Assembly: GCA_013239625.1 (NCBI GenBank)
Contig: MU054323.1
Location: forward strand, 1,426,001-1,490,000
From: Lama guanicoe
Lineage: Eukaryota
Length of the DNA: 64,000 nucleotides
Reading direction: 5' to 3'
In this document: positions 1-13,794 of the stretch, piece after piece
Layout: each line of letters starts with the position of its first letter
Position numbering within the stretch: position 1 is the first letter of the stretch
Translations under genes and position numbers: made by a program
Notes under the pieces: generated by a model
What the model was told of the DNA's origin: nothing
Seen by the model: the letters and a program-made list of their open reading frames with translations, nothing else
The model's database searches: none

Positions 1-99
1 TAAAATATATATTTACAAATATAAATATTATTATAACAATTATAATGCCACAAAAATTTTTTGTTTTAGACATTAAGTTGTTTAGCCTGATTTTAAAGT

Positions 100-620
100 T
101 TTAAAGCTATGGAAGACTACATTTTCAAGACTAACTAGCCAAGAAAGACATCAAAAAGAACACTCTGACCAGGTGTCAGAACATACTAGCATCATAATGA
201 AATTAATATGGTATAGGAATAAGCAAATAGACCAGTGGAACAAAATAGAGAATCCACAAAAATATCTCATTTTTTCATGAGATTTTAATTACCAATTAAT
301 TTAATTTTAATTACCAATTTAATTACCAAAGGTTGCATTTTTAATTTAGTGAGAATAGTGTAGTTCATTTAATAAATAGCACTGGTACAACTGATTGTCC
401 ATTTAGAGGTAAACAAATTTGGATCCCTATCTCACACTATATAAAATGTATTCCAGATTTATTGAAGACTTCAAATTTTTAAGTCTTGGAAAAAATCTAG
501 GAGCTATAACCTGGATGTACTAGGAAATAAACTATCAAGAAACTATAAAAGAGTAGTCATTTGATTACATAAAAAATGTAAGCTCCTATTATGTTAAAAG
601 ATGTTCTTAACATAAAAACT
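100..620 (+). mobile_element. Old L1 (L1M) ORF2 fragment
   Basis: Degenerate ORF2 motifs: aatagaccagtggaacaaaatagagaatcc, ttcatttaataaatagcactgg, ggatccctatctcacactatata. Confidence 0.65.
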
Positions 621-879
621 CAGTATGTTTTATTAAACTTTAGAAGACAAGTTTCTTTACTATTTGGACCTTAATACCTGATTCATGGTTGAGAGTCAAA
701 TTACAACCAACATTCAAGGTAGAATGGGATTAGAAACCCTACAAGGAGGTAGACTGTATACTAAGAAAGTCTGGATGTGAAAGAGCAGATTTTTTTTCAA
801 TAGATTTCTTAAATTGCCTCTTTGGGCCTCAAAAGAAGAAGAAAGTATGATGGTTAACTGCAGTTCAACAGACAGTTTG

Positions 880-1700
880 TTAATCCAGTTTAACAGACTA
901 ATTGAGTGCTTATTATGTGCCAAGCCTGTAATGGAGAATTTTAGGAGCAAAAAGAAGATGGTCTCTTTCATGGAACTTATGGTAGGGAAAACAAAACAGA
1001 TTATTAAAGATTGATCAGCTTGAATAAAGGGGAAGATTATGCTCCTGTGGGCATGTATAACAAGGGATCTAGCAATCTGAGAAATTCAGGACAGAGACAA
1101 AGTGAGATTTATGCTGAGATCTGCAGTAGGAGTGGGAGTCGGCCAGGTGAAGAGAGGCACAGAAAGAATGCTCCCAACACAGGTAATAGCATGTACAAAG
1201 AGCCGGATGTGATAGTGAATCTGGTGAGAAACTGGAGCTTAAAAAGGGTCTTGAAAGAGTGGCATCAGATGAGGCTGAAGAGTTAGGTAGCAAGCAGCCA
1301 GGCTTTACATTGTGATGAATCTTACAAGGAGTGTTAAGGATTTTTTGTTTTGTTTTATTTTACTGGATCCTAAAAGCAACAGGAAGCTATGGGAAGTTTT
1401 TAAAAGGAAGTGACTTGATCAGACTTGCATTTTCAAAAGATCCTTCTGGACAACAAATTAGGAGGAGTTAGATGGAAACAGAGAAGATTGGAGGCAGCTG
1501 TAATCATCCATATGAGACGTGATATTGTCTTGGGCTAGAATGGTGCAGCACGGATTCAGAGACTTGTACATATTTGGGAGATATTTAGGAGGCAGATCAT
1601 ACAGGAGCATAACTGTATTTGTGTAAAGAGTGGGAGAGAGAGAGAAGGATACTGGGTTTGTGGACCACTGGGTTGGGTGATATAATTCTTCAGACAGAAA
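880..1700 (-). mobile_element. L2 fragments
   Basis: Antisense L2 3' end (attgagtgcttattatgtgccaagc) and internal motifs (gatcagacttgcattttcaaaagatccttctgg). Confidence 0.65.
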
Positions 1701-1881
1701 ACCAATGTCAAGTATCTACTCTTTGTGTGACTCTTAATAATACAGCCCAGAAGTTAACAGAGAAGATGACTCCCTTTATATTGTTCTAAATATGTATAGT
1801 ATAAAAAATGTGACTCACACCAAACACTAACCCAGCGATGAGGGTCTTCAGTACTCCTAGCCTTTGAACTAATATTCCATT

Positions 1882-2061
1882 TTTTTTATTATTATTAGTT
1901 TTTTTAAAAATTTTATTTTATTTTTAGGGTTTTTGTTGTTGTTGTTGTTCGGGGGGAGGTAATTAGGTTTACTTACTATTTTTAGAGGAGGTACTGGGGA
2001 TTGAAACCAGGACCCCGTGCAGGCTAAACATGCACTCTACCACTTGAATTATAGCTTCCCC
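1882..2061 (-). mobile_element. tRNA-derived SINE, Vic-1-like (camelid), full length
   Basis: The reverse complement begins GGGGGAAGCTATAATTCAAGTGGTAGAGTGCATG...GGTTTCAATCCCCAGTACCTCC (A and B boxes), followed by AAACCTAATTACCTCCCC and an A-rich tail. TSD ctaatattccatt (1869-1881) / ctaatactccatt (2062-2074). Confidence 0.85.
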
Positions 2062-5061
2062 CTAATACTCCATTCTGTTGAGGTTCAGTTCAAATCTATT
2101 GAGGTTTCCTCAGGGCTACAGTTTGTGTCAGGTGTTCTAAATCTTTTCCAGCACTACTTTATACTTCTAGGACTTCTTTATACCAACACTTTTCCACACT
2201 CCCAAGATTAGTAATTGTGATTTCACTATCAGTTGATTGAAAGGGCACAGAGTGACAAATAGCTACAATAAATTCAGCAGTGCTTCAAATGCATTTATTA
2301 TCAGTGGCAGTAACACTGACATATATTTGAAAAATAATGCATTGATATGTGGAAGATACACTATTCCGTTTAGTGTTCAAATGTATTCATAGACCCCTGG
2401 CAATAATTGAGTGGATTTTCCCAGTTGAAGACTTCACCCAGCAATGCACAGGCAAAATTTTATCTTTCAGATAATCATAAATGTTTTTGTTTCAAATAAG
2501 AAGCGAAGCTACTGTGTACATGATCTCTTTAAGAACTGCACATTCTTTAGAAATCAAAGAATACATTTTTGCTCCCTCATGATGGCATTTAGACAGGGCC
2601 ATGGGATTATGTAGGCAGGTATTTGCTCTGCTCCAGAATAAACTGGGCCTGAGGTTTAGAACCTAGTCTTTCCCCAGAAGGGCACACCTTGCATTAAGGC
2701 AGTTTTATCTGCCTCTGAACATGACTGATTATATGAGGAAGACTTATTTTAAGGATAAACATCAGAACTAGACCTAAGGAGACATCAGGAACCAGCACAA
2801 CTCTTGGGATTTGCTGCTGCTTTCTTTTCTTGGTCTTGTGGAATCCAAGATGTTCCTCTCTCTATACATAGCATCTCAGCTTCTCTTTCTGCAGTTAGCT
2901 TTGCAGTCAGTATTGATGAAGGATCCAGTACCATCTGCCTTCCATTCCAGATCCCTGAAAGGGCAAGTCTGATTACTTTTATCTCTATTTGCAGAGCCCT
3001 TCCCACCATCTAACCTCATTGGCTGGCCTGTGCCGTGCCAACTTTTATTGGATTTTTAGGTCATTTCTACCTAATAACAGCTTAACAATACTTCCCTGAA
3101 CGTGAAGTATGGACAAGACCATCTCAGCTAAAAGAAGGGATGGTACGTATTAATAACTGATGTGTCCAGTAGATCTGGTAGGGAATAACCAGGAAGGTGA
3201 GATGAAGGGGAAGGGAACGACATGACAAAGGGAATTCAGGCACTTCACATACATCAATAACACAATAAATTATCTTCAGAGCAAGACCAGCAGGTTTATA
3301 ATATTTCTCTGTTTAACAGAAGAAGACAGTGGGGCTTTGAGGGAGTAAACAATGTGCTTGGTCATCCAGCGGATCCAGCCTGTTTTACTTCAGAACTTGA
3401 GCTATTTGCAGACTCATTCAAGCCAGGAGTGTTTAGCTGTGCCTGGCATCAGTCCGTACTATAAGCTTCGTTCTGGGGAGAACATTGGTTCATCAGTCAA
3501 CTTGGTTAAGTTTAGATCAGGTAAGACAGCTCTTAAGATGTTAAATAAATAATTGCTAAACATTTGAGAATTGCCTGTGTACTATCTAAACGTCTGAGTC
3601 CTTTAAAAATAAGGTACAGTTTCATTATGAAGGTAATATTTGACAATGAAAAAGAATCTGAAAAATACTACAGTAGAAAGAAATTTGTCATCATCCAAAT
3701 ATTCAAAGTTAATTATTGTGATTACTTGACATATTTCTTTCTGGTCTGTTTTCTATATGCCTACTTTTTTACCTAGTTGTGATGTAGATAAAATTTACCC
3801 TCTTCTAAGTATTCCTTTTAGAAACCAATTCTTTTAACTATATCACGTGTTTTTCTGGAGTCATACTCTTCTGTTTTCTTTTATCTAGTCTTCTTCATGC
3901 TTCAGAAAGGATTTCAGTTAGGTTTAGGAAATGCATCAAGTACAATAAAATAAAACAGAAAAAAATGAATTTAAAAAGAGAGATTTTAACAAAGGAAAGC
4001 AAAAACTTTCTTCTGATTTGTTCTATCTCACACTGCTGGTTGTTAAATAGTTTTCTATATGGCCTGGCAACCTCCTCTGTACCATCCTTGAGTCATTCTG
4101 ACTCAAAATTTGCTTCCAGAGCCTATAAGCTGAAAGAAAATATATCTAGATTGTTGGCCAAGGAATGTGCTTCATTCTGGCAATGAAAAGCATATTTAGC
4201 ACTAAGTGGACTTCATTACACCATTCCATGAGGCTGTTCAGACTGACCTTCACAAGATTATCCCAATTCTCATGCTTACAGTTCTGGAAAAACAACAGTA
4301 ACCACAAGCAACTACATACTCATTTTATGTGCTCAGTACAGTGGCAGGAAACCGGATGACTCAAAGAGTTACTGTCATACCAACTTTATTGATTCAGAAC
4401 TCAAAATCAGAATCTCTCAAGATGCCTTGCAAAGATTTTGTTTAATTATTGTGTCTAATATCTCCATTCACAGATGAAAACTGAAATTTTATAAGATCAC
4501 TTTAAGAACACTCACTGAATGTCCGTGTAGTAAAGATGTTGATGAGCAATACAGGGTCCCCATCTCCAAAGTGTTCCGTGAGTCTAGTAGAGTCAGGCAA
4601 GTAAACAAGTAATTGCAGTCCTCAAAAACAACCTTGAAAGTGTTAACTGCAGATGCAATTTTGCACCAACAAAGCAGTCATTAAGACCATGAAAACGAGC
4701 TTGAAAATTCCACTTTACTTTGTGATACCAAATTTGTATATCACAAAAATGAAATCACTTGAGAATTACCAACAGAGAATAAGAGAAATGTATTTTTTCC
4801 TAAACGTAAAATGGACATGCTTTAAATTATTCAGGAAAATTCTTAGCGTCTGGCACAATTGTCTCCTCAGTAGTATGCCACCACATGTTTTCTTTGAAGT
4901 GAACATGATTACTCTGTATAAGGGCTGGAAGAAAACATTATTATCCAAAATTATAATGGCACCCAAGCTACTTGATTAGTTAATCTTCAGCAATGGAAAG
5001 TACCTAGGAAAAAGACAGTTGGGATTAGAGAGAAATCTGAGTTACAAAATGCTTTAAGAGA

Positions 5062-6245
5062 AAATTTATTAATTTGTTATTGTAAAAATTTCAAATATAT
5101 AGAAAAGTTCAGGGAATAGTAATAATAAACATTCATTGACCTACTACCTAGAATTTGCAAATATTAATGCCTTCCATATTTTGAAATTATCATCACTTTT
5201 CTTCTCAATCCCACTCACCTCTCTTCTTGCTCAGAAAAATAATTCTGTTGAACTTGGAATGCGTTTTCTTCATGAATATATTTCTTCTTTTAACTAAGTA
5301 TGTATATCTCTGTAGTATCATTTTGGCTCTTTGATATTTAAGCAGATGACATCGTACTATATGTGTCATTCTCCAGCTCACTTCTTTCAAAAATGTTTTT
5401 AGATCACTCTTTTTATTCGTTCATTTTTACTACTGTATAGTATTTCATCATGTGACTATACTTCAAATTAATTACTCATTTCCTGTTTGATGAACATTTA
5501 GGTTGTTGTCCCTTTTTGTTTTAATTTGCTATTAAAAATTTGTAGTATACATCTTGTTCACATGTCTTCTTGTGTATCTGTGTGAGTTTCTCTAGGATAT
5601 ACATGTCAAAATGGAATTGCTGGGTCATGTTCTCTATATATCTTCTGCTGTATTAGATATTGTCAAATTGTTCTCCAAAGAAGATGTACCAGTTAATAGT
5701 CCCACCAGCAATACGTTAGAAAGAGTTCATAGTTTTTCTACATCCTTAAAAACACTTGATATCAACATATTAAAAAATATTTTTATCAAACTTATTATAA
5801 AAAACGGTCCTTTGTAATTTTCCATTTTCTTACTGTTTATTGGCCATGTATGTTTCTTCTCTGTAAATTATCTATTCATATGCTTTACCTGTTTTCAATA
5901 GGATTGTTTTATCTTTTTCTCATTCATTATTTGGAATTCTTTATATAATCTGAATACAACTCCTGGGTTATATACATTGCACGGGGTGTAGCTCAGTGGT
6001 ATAGCATTTGACTGCACATTGCAAATATCTTCTCCTTGCCTGTCACTTACTTAACTTTATTCGTGGTTGTTAAAAATAGTTACTCACTTTGAGATAGTCA
6101 TATTTATCAATCTTTAACCATGATTTGTGCGTATTTTGCTTAGCTTGGGTTTTAATCCATCTGAAATACAATTTTGTGATTGGTGTGTGGTTGGGATGTA
6201 ATTTTATTTTTGTCCTTTAGACTACATTATCCTAACAATTTTATT
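5062..6245 (-). mobile_element. Old L1 (L1MC/ME-like) 3' region, host of the tRNA-Cys half
   Basis: Antisense L1 motifs: atggaattgctgggtcatg, cccaccagcaat, tttattggccat, ttgcaaatatcttctcc. Confidence 0.75.
5982..6015 (+). pseudogene. Tailless retrocopy of the 5' half of tRNA-Cys(GCA)
   Basis: cGGGGTGTAGCTCAGTGGTATAGCATTTGACTGC(A) matches the tRNA-Cys 5' half up to the GCA anticodon. It is flanked by the exact direct repeat ACATTGCA (5974-5981 and 6016-6023). No poly(A) and no 3' half. Confidence 0.85.
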
Positions 6246-8369
6246 GAATATACTTTTGACAGAATTTCAGACTAATGGGAACTCGATAGGGCAGAAGGAA
6301 TGGTGAAGCATAATGCAGGCGTCTCAGTGTCTTACTTGGGCTTGCAGACTCATGGCGTTTCCCTGAATTGTTGAGACAGAGATGAAGTCCTGCCCACTCT
6401 GTCCTCCATTGCCTTATGCTTCTCTGGAAGATAAGTAACTCATTTCTTCTGTCACCTGCTTGGTGTTTTTGTTGTTGGATTCTGAGTGAAAATTGCATTT
6501 GAAGAGAACATTAGATTTGTAATCAGGGGATTAGGCTCTGGAATTACATCTTCCATAGATATTCTCTACACTCTTAGAAAAAGCTTGTGTCTTCTCTAGG
6601 CCTCAGTTTCTCATCTGGAAAAGAAAACCATTATCTAAACTAGAATCTATTTATTTACTCCTTCGGGATTGCAGCCTCCTCAGCTTTATAAATGGGAAGA
6701 TTAATTAGACTTTACAAAGCTTTTCAAGCTCTCATATTTTAATGTCAGTTAAAATGGTAATGTATAGGAAATCTCTCACCACTGATATTAATGTACTACC
6801 ATAGAATCTGGTACATTATAGAAATGTGCTTATCACTCCATATTATAAATTGTAATTAAATGTTTCACATATTACTTGTCTCTCCCGTTGGGTCATCAGT
6901 TTCTGTAGGAAGCAGGCAGCTTCTTATTCATCGCCATATCCTGATACATAGCAAGGTTTCTGCATCATAGTCTGTATTTTTTAATCAACTCTAACACTTT
7001 ATAAATCAATAATAAACAAATTACTTTTGATAATTTCTTTGATAATCCCCCTCAATGTTTTCTCTTCTCACTCTTTCTGATACCCATATTAGTAATATGT
7101 TGGTTTTACTGGAATATTCTCTATTTTTAAAATTTTTTCCTCATTGTTTCCCATCCTTTTGTCTGCACATTTTATTAATAAGGAGGAAGATAGGAAAACA
7201 ACTGACTTCGTTTTTTCAGGATCAAAACTGTTGATATTTAATGCTTCCTGATTTCTGATATTTTCCAATGGGTTGTACCAACATGGTAATGTTTGATTAT
7301 TTGAAAGATTGAAATTGGCCATTGATATTTCATCTCTTGTTCATGTTCAGTTCATGTTTGTTACCCAACTTTCTGTCATATTCTCTTCCCATTTATTTTC
7401 CAGCACCTTTAATCTGTAAAAGACATTTATGTAGCATATTTTTCCCATTTTGATATTTGCCCTTTTTTCCTGGTGTTTTTAGACTCCCTAAACTTTGAGT
7501 TTATTTAGTTAAATCCATCAATCTTATCTTTTAGTTTTTGACACTGCTTTTATATTTAGAAACTCTAATTTAACCTTCTTATGTAGGTTAAATATGTTTT
7601 CTCTGGGTTTATTTACTATTTGTGTTTACTCTGGCATGAATTATCTGTTCACATTCTAATCACTCCTCTCATCTGATGGTAATGATTTCCTCGATTTTTG
7701 GAATTTGCTTTATACGTAAAGCTCTATGTATCATATAATAGTGATTAACTTTTTGTCTGGCATATTTTCAGTTTCTAATAGTTTTCTTTGACTTAATTTT
7801 ATATTAACTGTTTATTCCAAATGTTAATGATTTTTTAAAAGATATTTATGGTGTGGTTCTGACTTACCTTTTTCACCAAATTGCTATCAAGTGGTGATGA
7901 TGGCATCACTTACAAAATTACATTCCCTTCCCTCTTGTTCTGAAAAGCTTCCTTGATCATACATTAAGTAATTATGTATAGCTAAATCTATTTCTAGACT
8001 CTCCATTCTGTTATGCTGATCTATAAGTCTATTTTTGTGCCAGTAAATCCTTCACTTATTTGAGGAGAGCTCACATTTCCTCTCTTGAATCTTTGCTTCT
8101 TCAGCTTAAACTTTCCCAGGTCTTTCGATTGCTGCTTTTGTATTTAGCAACCAGCCCCCTCCCCAACCCTCTGGGGGCCAGAAGCCAACAACTGGGTGAT
8201 AACTGACCAAGACTCAAAGGACCCTTAAGTTGCCCCACCTGGGTAAAGAAATGCATAGATCAGGGCAGCACCCGGGCAAGGAAGGAGAATGATGTACCCC
8301 TACTTTGAAATAACAGTTTTTACCCTAGAAAGCACTTTCTTGTTTCTCATCTCCTTTAATAAGGCAGAA

Positions 8370-8760
8370 TAGCTAATAGTGGGTAAGAGCCTTCCAGGGT
8401 TCAAATCCCAACTGCACCATTTTCTTACTGTGTGGCCTTGGGCAAGTTTCTTAAATTCTCTAAGCTTTATTTTCCTTGACTATAAAATGAAGACATACGT
8501 GGTATCTACTTCATTAAGTTATTGTAAAGAAAATCCATGAACACATGGTAAGTACTTGATAAGCCGTGATTATTACTGCTAAACTATCCCTCTATAGGTT
8601 TATTATTTCATTTGACATTTTGAGGTAGTGATTAACATAAGGCAATTTAAAGTTGAATGAATAGGATAAGAAAGGTCCAGTAACTTTCCTAAAGGCACCA
8701 GCTAATACAAGTACTGGAGTTGGGGATCTCAACTCATCTAACTCCGAAGCCCTTGCTCTT
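8370..8760. mobile_element. Two MIR fragments in opposite orientation
   Basis: + core gggttcaaatccca...tgtggccttgggcaagtttcttaaattctctaagc at about 8395-8490, followed by an antisense MIR-like piece to about 8760. Confidence 0.65.
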
Positions 8761-10081
8761 TCCTGTAGGTGACCCTACTGCACAGCATGATGTAAGTAAC
8801 TGGTTCTTTGGGTTCTTCAGTAGTTACATAAGTGAAGCTGTAAATTCTTAAGTAAAGGTAAATGTAAGGTTCAAATATATAATTGTATTGAGATTTCCTT
8901 TTGATTTCAACATGGAAGGGCGTTAGATTAATGGGAAGGAGAGATACAGTTTTATCTTAATCTACAAATTAGCTGATGGAGAAACATATCCCTTCAAACT
9001 CAACCTACTGCTCCAAGTGGCAGGGACATAGGCCCAGAAGCATTTGTCATCCCCACAGGGTGCCAGAGGAAGCAGCACTTCCTCTCCTTTAGCACATGGT
9101 ACCTGTGCTCTCAGAAGGCCCACGGCCGGGAGGGAGGTGGGTAGAGGATGCCATGCTAGCAGCCTGTGCACACAACTGCCAAGTCAAACAGAACGGAAGG
9201 TCTAATTTTAGCCCTCTCAGCCTTGGCATTGTCCCTTTTAGCCAAGACATTTTTCATGCACCACAACAAAACGCTTTGTTCCAGCCTTACTGGATACCTC
9301 ACAAAGACCCAACAAGGTCGGAGTGAGCATAATTCAGAGCTGGAGACACATCAAAGACAGGAACCTCAATGGAGAGGGTCAGCTCTCCTCCAGCAGTTTT
9401 TGGTAAATGTGCTCTTTCCATCCACCTCCCAAAGCTCCAAGAAGGGGCATGCGGTTGTCTCCTCTTCCGCTAGCTGCTTGGGAAGCTTCTGTTGGCTGCT
9501 CAACAGGTGTCTTTGCTCCATCATTCCTGGGATGTGCAGTTTACTCCCTCCCCTCATTCCTGCCTAACACAGCTGACTTCTTTCTGTATATCTGCGTCTT
9601 GTTATCTTTCCAGAAGTTTCCTAGAAAGTGCACTAGCTTAAGAGCTAGAAACAATTTTACAATTTACATACTGCCTCTGTGGTTTGTCCCTTACAATGAC
9701 TCAGTGAATTCGGTGAGGTGGAAGCTTTCATAGAACTTTTGGAGATGAGAAGATGGAAGCTCAAAGAGGAAGCTAACTTTTGCTATGGTCACAAAGGAAA
9801 ACACTGGCAGAGTTGGGACTGAAACCTAGATCTGGTGTTTTAGGAAAAGGCATGGTCATGTTATCCTATCAAAGCACAGAAAACCCACACAGGCCATTTG
9901 GGAGGGCCTTGGGAAATGTTTCCTGAGGATGTCAGTGGTTTCATGGTCAGAAGTTCCAGGTTGAGAACCCAGGATGGTGGTTCTTACCTTCAGGAAAATC
10001 ACCATTTCTGTATTTCCTGGAAAGATGGCAGGAAAGCTTGATCCCAAACATTTCTGGAGATTTTGCTGTTTCCAAAGCCTT

Positions 10082-10510
10082 TGTAAGGAAAGAAGAATAA
10101 TTTTCCCTCTGTTCTCTAGGTTCCTGGTTAAGAACCTCCTATAATAAAAGACAGATTAACTGGAGAAAAACAAACAAGTTTAATAGCATGTATATCTCCT
10201 TATACAAGGGAAATAACCAAGAAAACTGGGTAACTTCTGAGATTTATGCCACCACCCTAAATACCATGTCACGCTAAAGATAAAAGATGTTGGTGACCAG
10301 GAAAGTCAGTTAAGGGAGGCTGTCGGGCAAAGCACATTAAACAAGGGCATGATTGTTATGCAGATTCGTCAGTTGCCTTCTGTACAGAGAGGGAGACACC
10401 CTTACAAATGGAGATTGCCTTCATAAATAGAGATGTCTGTTTCAGAACGGTAACTTCTACTCAGTTTTTGGAGATTCTCCTATGTCTGCTGTTTGTTAAA
10501 AATAATCAGC
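10082..10510 (-). mobile_element. ERV1-class (MER4-group-like) LTR, probably truncated
   Basis: Starts TGTAAGG and contains aaaagacagattaactggagaaaaacaaacaagtttaat and ttgttatgcagatt, motifs recalled from MER4-group LTRs. Family assignment is uncertain. Confidence 0.5.
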
Positions 10511-10809
10511 CTGGGAGTCAGGGACTTTGACACACAGGGTTCCCCTCCAAACACTGTGTCAACCTGTCACTGCTTCTCTAGGGGGGTGAGGAGGTGACAG
10601 ACTCCAGATTCTCCGGAGCTTCTCCTCTGTCATCATCGCTTCACCCAGAGCTAACCAGGATGGGCTTCAGAACTAAAACTCTTTGACCTGCAAGTGAACC
10701 CTGAAAATTTGCTGTGAATTAATTGTTTGAAAAGGGAATGACTTTACTAGAAAGCACCACCGAAGTTCTCTTTCCAAGATTCCTGAGACTGATTATTTTG
10801 TGAACAAAA

Positions 10810-11545
10810 TTATTTTGTTTGTTGAAATTATTTATGTACATTTTTCTGATTATAAATGTTATATGTGCACGTTTTAAAAAGTTCAGAAAGATATTGAGGA
10901 GTGAAATATTACTGTTACACTGCCAGCAATTGTAACCACTCTTAAGATTTTGATGTAATTAACGTACTGCCCGAACTTTCTGTGCGCACAAACGTGAGCT
11001 TGTGTACATATAAAGCAAAGCGAGGTATTGTACATACACTGTTTTGTGACTTGGTTTTTTAACTTAACAGTTTATGACAATGTCTTCTCTCCTTTTTTTG
11101 GACCTCAAGAGCAGAATTCTGTTAATCACATTCCTCCATTCATGGCACACTATTATCATTGTCTATATAAAGCCCCTCTGGTGTTTAATTATATATATTT
11201 TTATTTTCTGCACTCATTTCCATTCTCCTCCTCCATTCTATTATATTTAATAATATGTTCTCAGGTAAATGTTTATCCTTGAAAATACAGTTGTTTTGTG
11301 TATTTGTGTGTTTTAATTTAAACAAATGACATTGACTCAGTAGTAATCCATGCCATCTAATGGCTTCATCATTTTCATTGTGTAGTTCTACCAAAATCTA
11401 TTTAACTAGTTTCCTAAAATGGACATTTAGGTTATTTTTTTGAAAGGTGGTTTTTTAAAATTGGTTTAAACAACGTTGGGTAAACATTCTTGTATATATG
11501 GCTCTGCAGATTTGTGATTATTTCCTTAAGATAATTTTGAATGAC
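10810..11545 (-). mobile_element. Old L1 (L1ME-like) 3' fragments
   Basis: ttttttctgattataaatgttatatgtgc; atctatttaactagtttcc...ggacatttaggtt; taaacattcttgtatatat. Confidence 0.6.
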
Positions 11546-11799
11546 CACTTTGTGAAAAATTATCCACCCAATTTTTCATTTTCAACTCCTAAAGTAGTTT
11601 TGTTAGTGGTTCCCTGAAGTTCCCCCCCCACCCTCTTTCTCTCTCTCTCTGTCCTGCTGTCTCTCTCTTTCTCTCGACACTTTGCTGGGCTCTTCCTAAT
11701 GGCACTTAGGACCATCATTTTTGATCTCTGTTTTATAGGTTCTTTCTTACCCCTCAGCTGATAAGCTCTAGCTCATTGTTGACAGAGATCATAGGGTAA

Positions 11800-12740
11800 T
11801 TAATTGATTCAACAACTTTTTCTGGGCATCTGTTCAGTGGTAAGCTCTGAACTGGGTGCCAAGGTGAACACGACAGTCACTTTCCCCTTGAGGAAGCCTA
11901 GGTCTGGTGAGATGGCAGACATGCCTTATGGTGACCACGCTATGGCAGGTATCATGGTGACAGCAGTCTGTACGAGAGTTGGGGTGAGAAAGACAAAGCC
12001 AGACAACAAAGTTACTGAAAATGATCCCCATCTGTGTCTGGGATGTGGATTAGAGTTACTGGAAGACCAAAGTGGACCAAATGGGAACTGCCCTCGAAGG
12101 AAAAGGAATAGCTATTAAACAACCAGGGAGGTTTGGGATGATACAGGAAGCTGGGGCATAGGGTGGGAGCGTGGGGAAGTGTGAGACAAGGTTCCCAGGT
12201 GGGGGACAGAGTAGGTCCAGGTAAGTGAGTCTTGAAAGCCATGCTGAGGATTGGCTTCAGAGTAAGGGTCATGGGAGGCCATCGAGGGATTGGGCAGGGC
12301 AGTGATGTGATTGAGTTTTGTGTTTTAGAAAGGTCATTTTGGTTATGGTGTGGAAGATGGATTTCGGGGGGGGCAACATCGTAGAGGGGGAAGCACGTTA
12401 GGAAGCTATTGTAATAATCAAAGTGAGAGATGATCATATCTGAACTAAAGTAGTGGCAACAGAAAGAAGTAGATGGAATTTGAGAGCGAGTTGGAAGTAG
12501 AATCTAGTTAACTCTGTGACTGATTAGATACAAGATTATGAAGAAGAGGACAGAGTCCTGGATAACCCCCAGGCTCTATGTGGGAGCCGGGGCTGGTGGT
12601 GGGGCCATTTCCCCAGAGAGGAGCACAGGAATATACGTTGAGTTTGATACGGTTGTAGGATATGGAGGTAGAAATGTCTAGCAGGTAGATGGATGTATTC
12701 TCTATATTCAGGAAGAGCTTACACTAGAGAGGAATTTGGG
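11800..12740 (-). mobile_element. L2 fragment
   Basis: tgattcaacaactttttctgggcatctg at the start; gcagggcagtgatgtgattgagttttgtgttttagaaaggtcattttgg; ttaggaagctattgtaataatcaaagtgagagatgat. Confidence 0.75.
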
Positions 12741-13794
12741 AACCATATTTATCTTTGCAACATATGATAATATTGAGCAAAAGTTTATTAAATAAGTGAA
12801 TAAGTCATAATTTAGCATCATACTTCCTTCAAATAGAACATTTTACTTCTATAAAGTTACCTTTATCTGAGAAATTCAAAGTTCTCTGTACTTAAGGCCC
12901 ACCAACATGAGTTAAAGTACCTTTTAGAATTACCGTAGAGATAATAATTGGGGAACATGGCAAGAGCAAATGGCTCTCAGAGGGGAAGACCACCAGCCTA
13001 AGAGTCAGAAGACATGAGTCTTCTTACTGGTAGGTACTTGGATGTATTACTCGCCCCTTGAGGTATCCAAGTCCTTACTCTGAGGGCGAGGAGAGGGCTC
13101 GCACCACTGACACTCAGGGCTGCTCCTGGCCCTGTGATGGGGTGTCCAGGTGACGTCTGCACTCCTCTCTCACAGCTCCCTGCTGCTTTGAGATAGGGCC
13201 AGGCTTCCTCCCCACTGGGACTTGGCAGCACAACCTGGAACACAATCTGTTGGACAGAAGGTGGTGATTATTAATGAAAGCATTTCCTCTGTGACCTCAC
13301 AGTGCTAAGTGAGATTCTGACACAGCCAAAGACGGCCCATTTCCTTTCATAGAAATTGATGCTCAGAAACACATAGAATGGTCAGAGTCAAGACGCACAG
13401 GGAAGTAAAAATAAGATGCAGAAAAGGAGTTGGGCGGCTGCTTGAAACACTCCCAGGTGAAAGGTTACCAGCTATTCATCAGCTCACACTTCTGTTCAGT
13501 GGGTGAACGAGGAGTTGGATGGAAACTTGACTCGACAGTTGACGCTTCGTCAGGGCTGTGGGGTCCTCAGATGACTTTCCTCTGTCGGGTTGGATATGAA
13601 GCACTGTTACTTACAGGAAGGAGAGCAAATAGGACCACAGTAAGAGTCCCCGTATTTCACCATTTGTGTCCTTCTGTTTATGCAAACCAGGCCTGGTGTA
13701 GGTTAGCGTGATGCCGAGATGTCTAGGCCTGAATCCTGAAGTGTTGGGCTCTCTGTCTTCTGGAGCAGCCCAGTTTGCTGGGTCCCATGATGAG

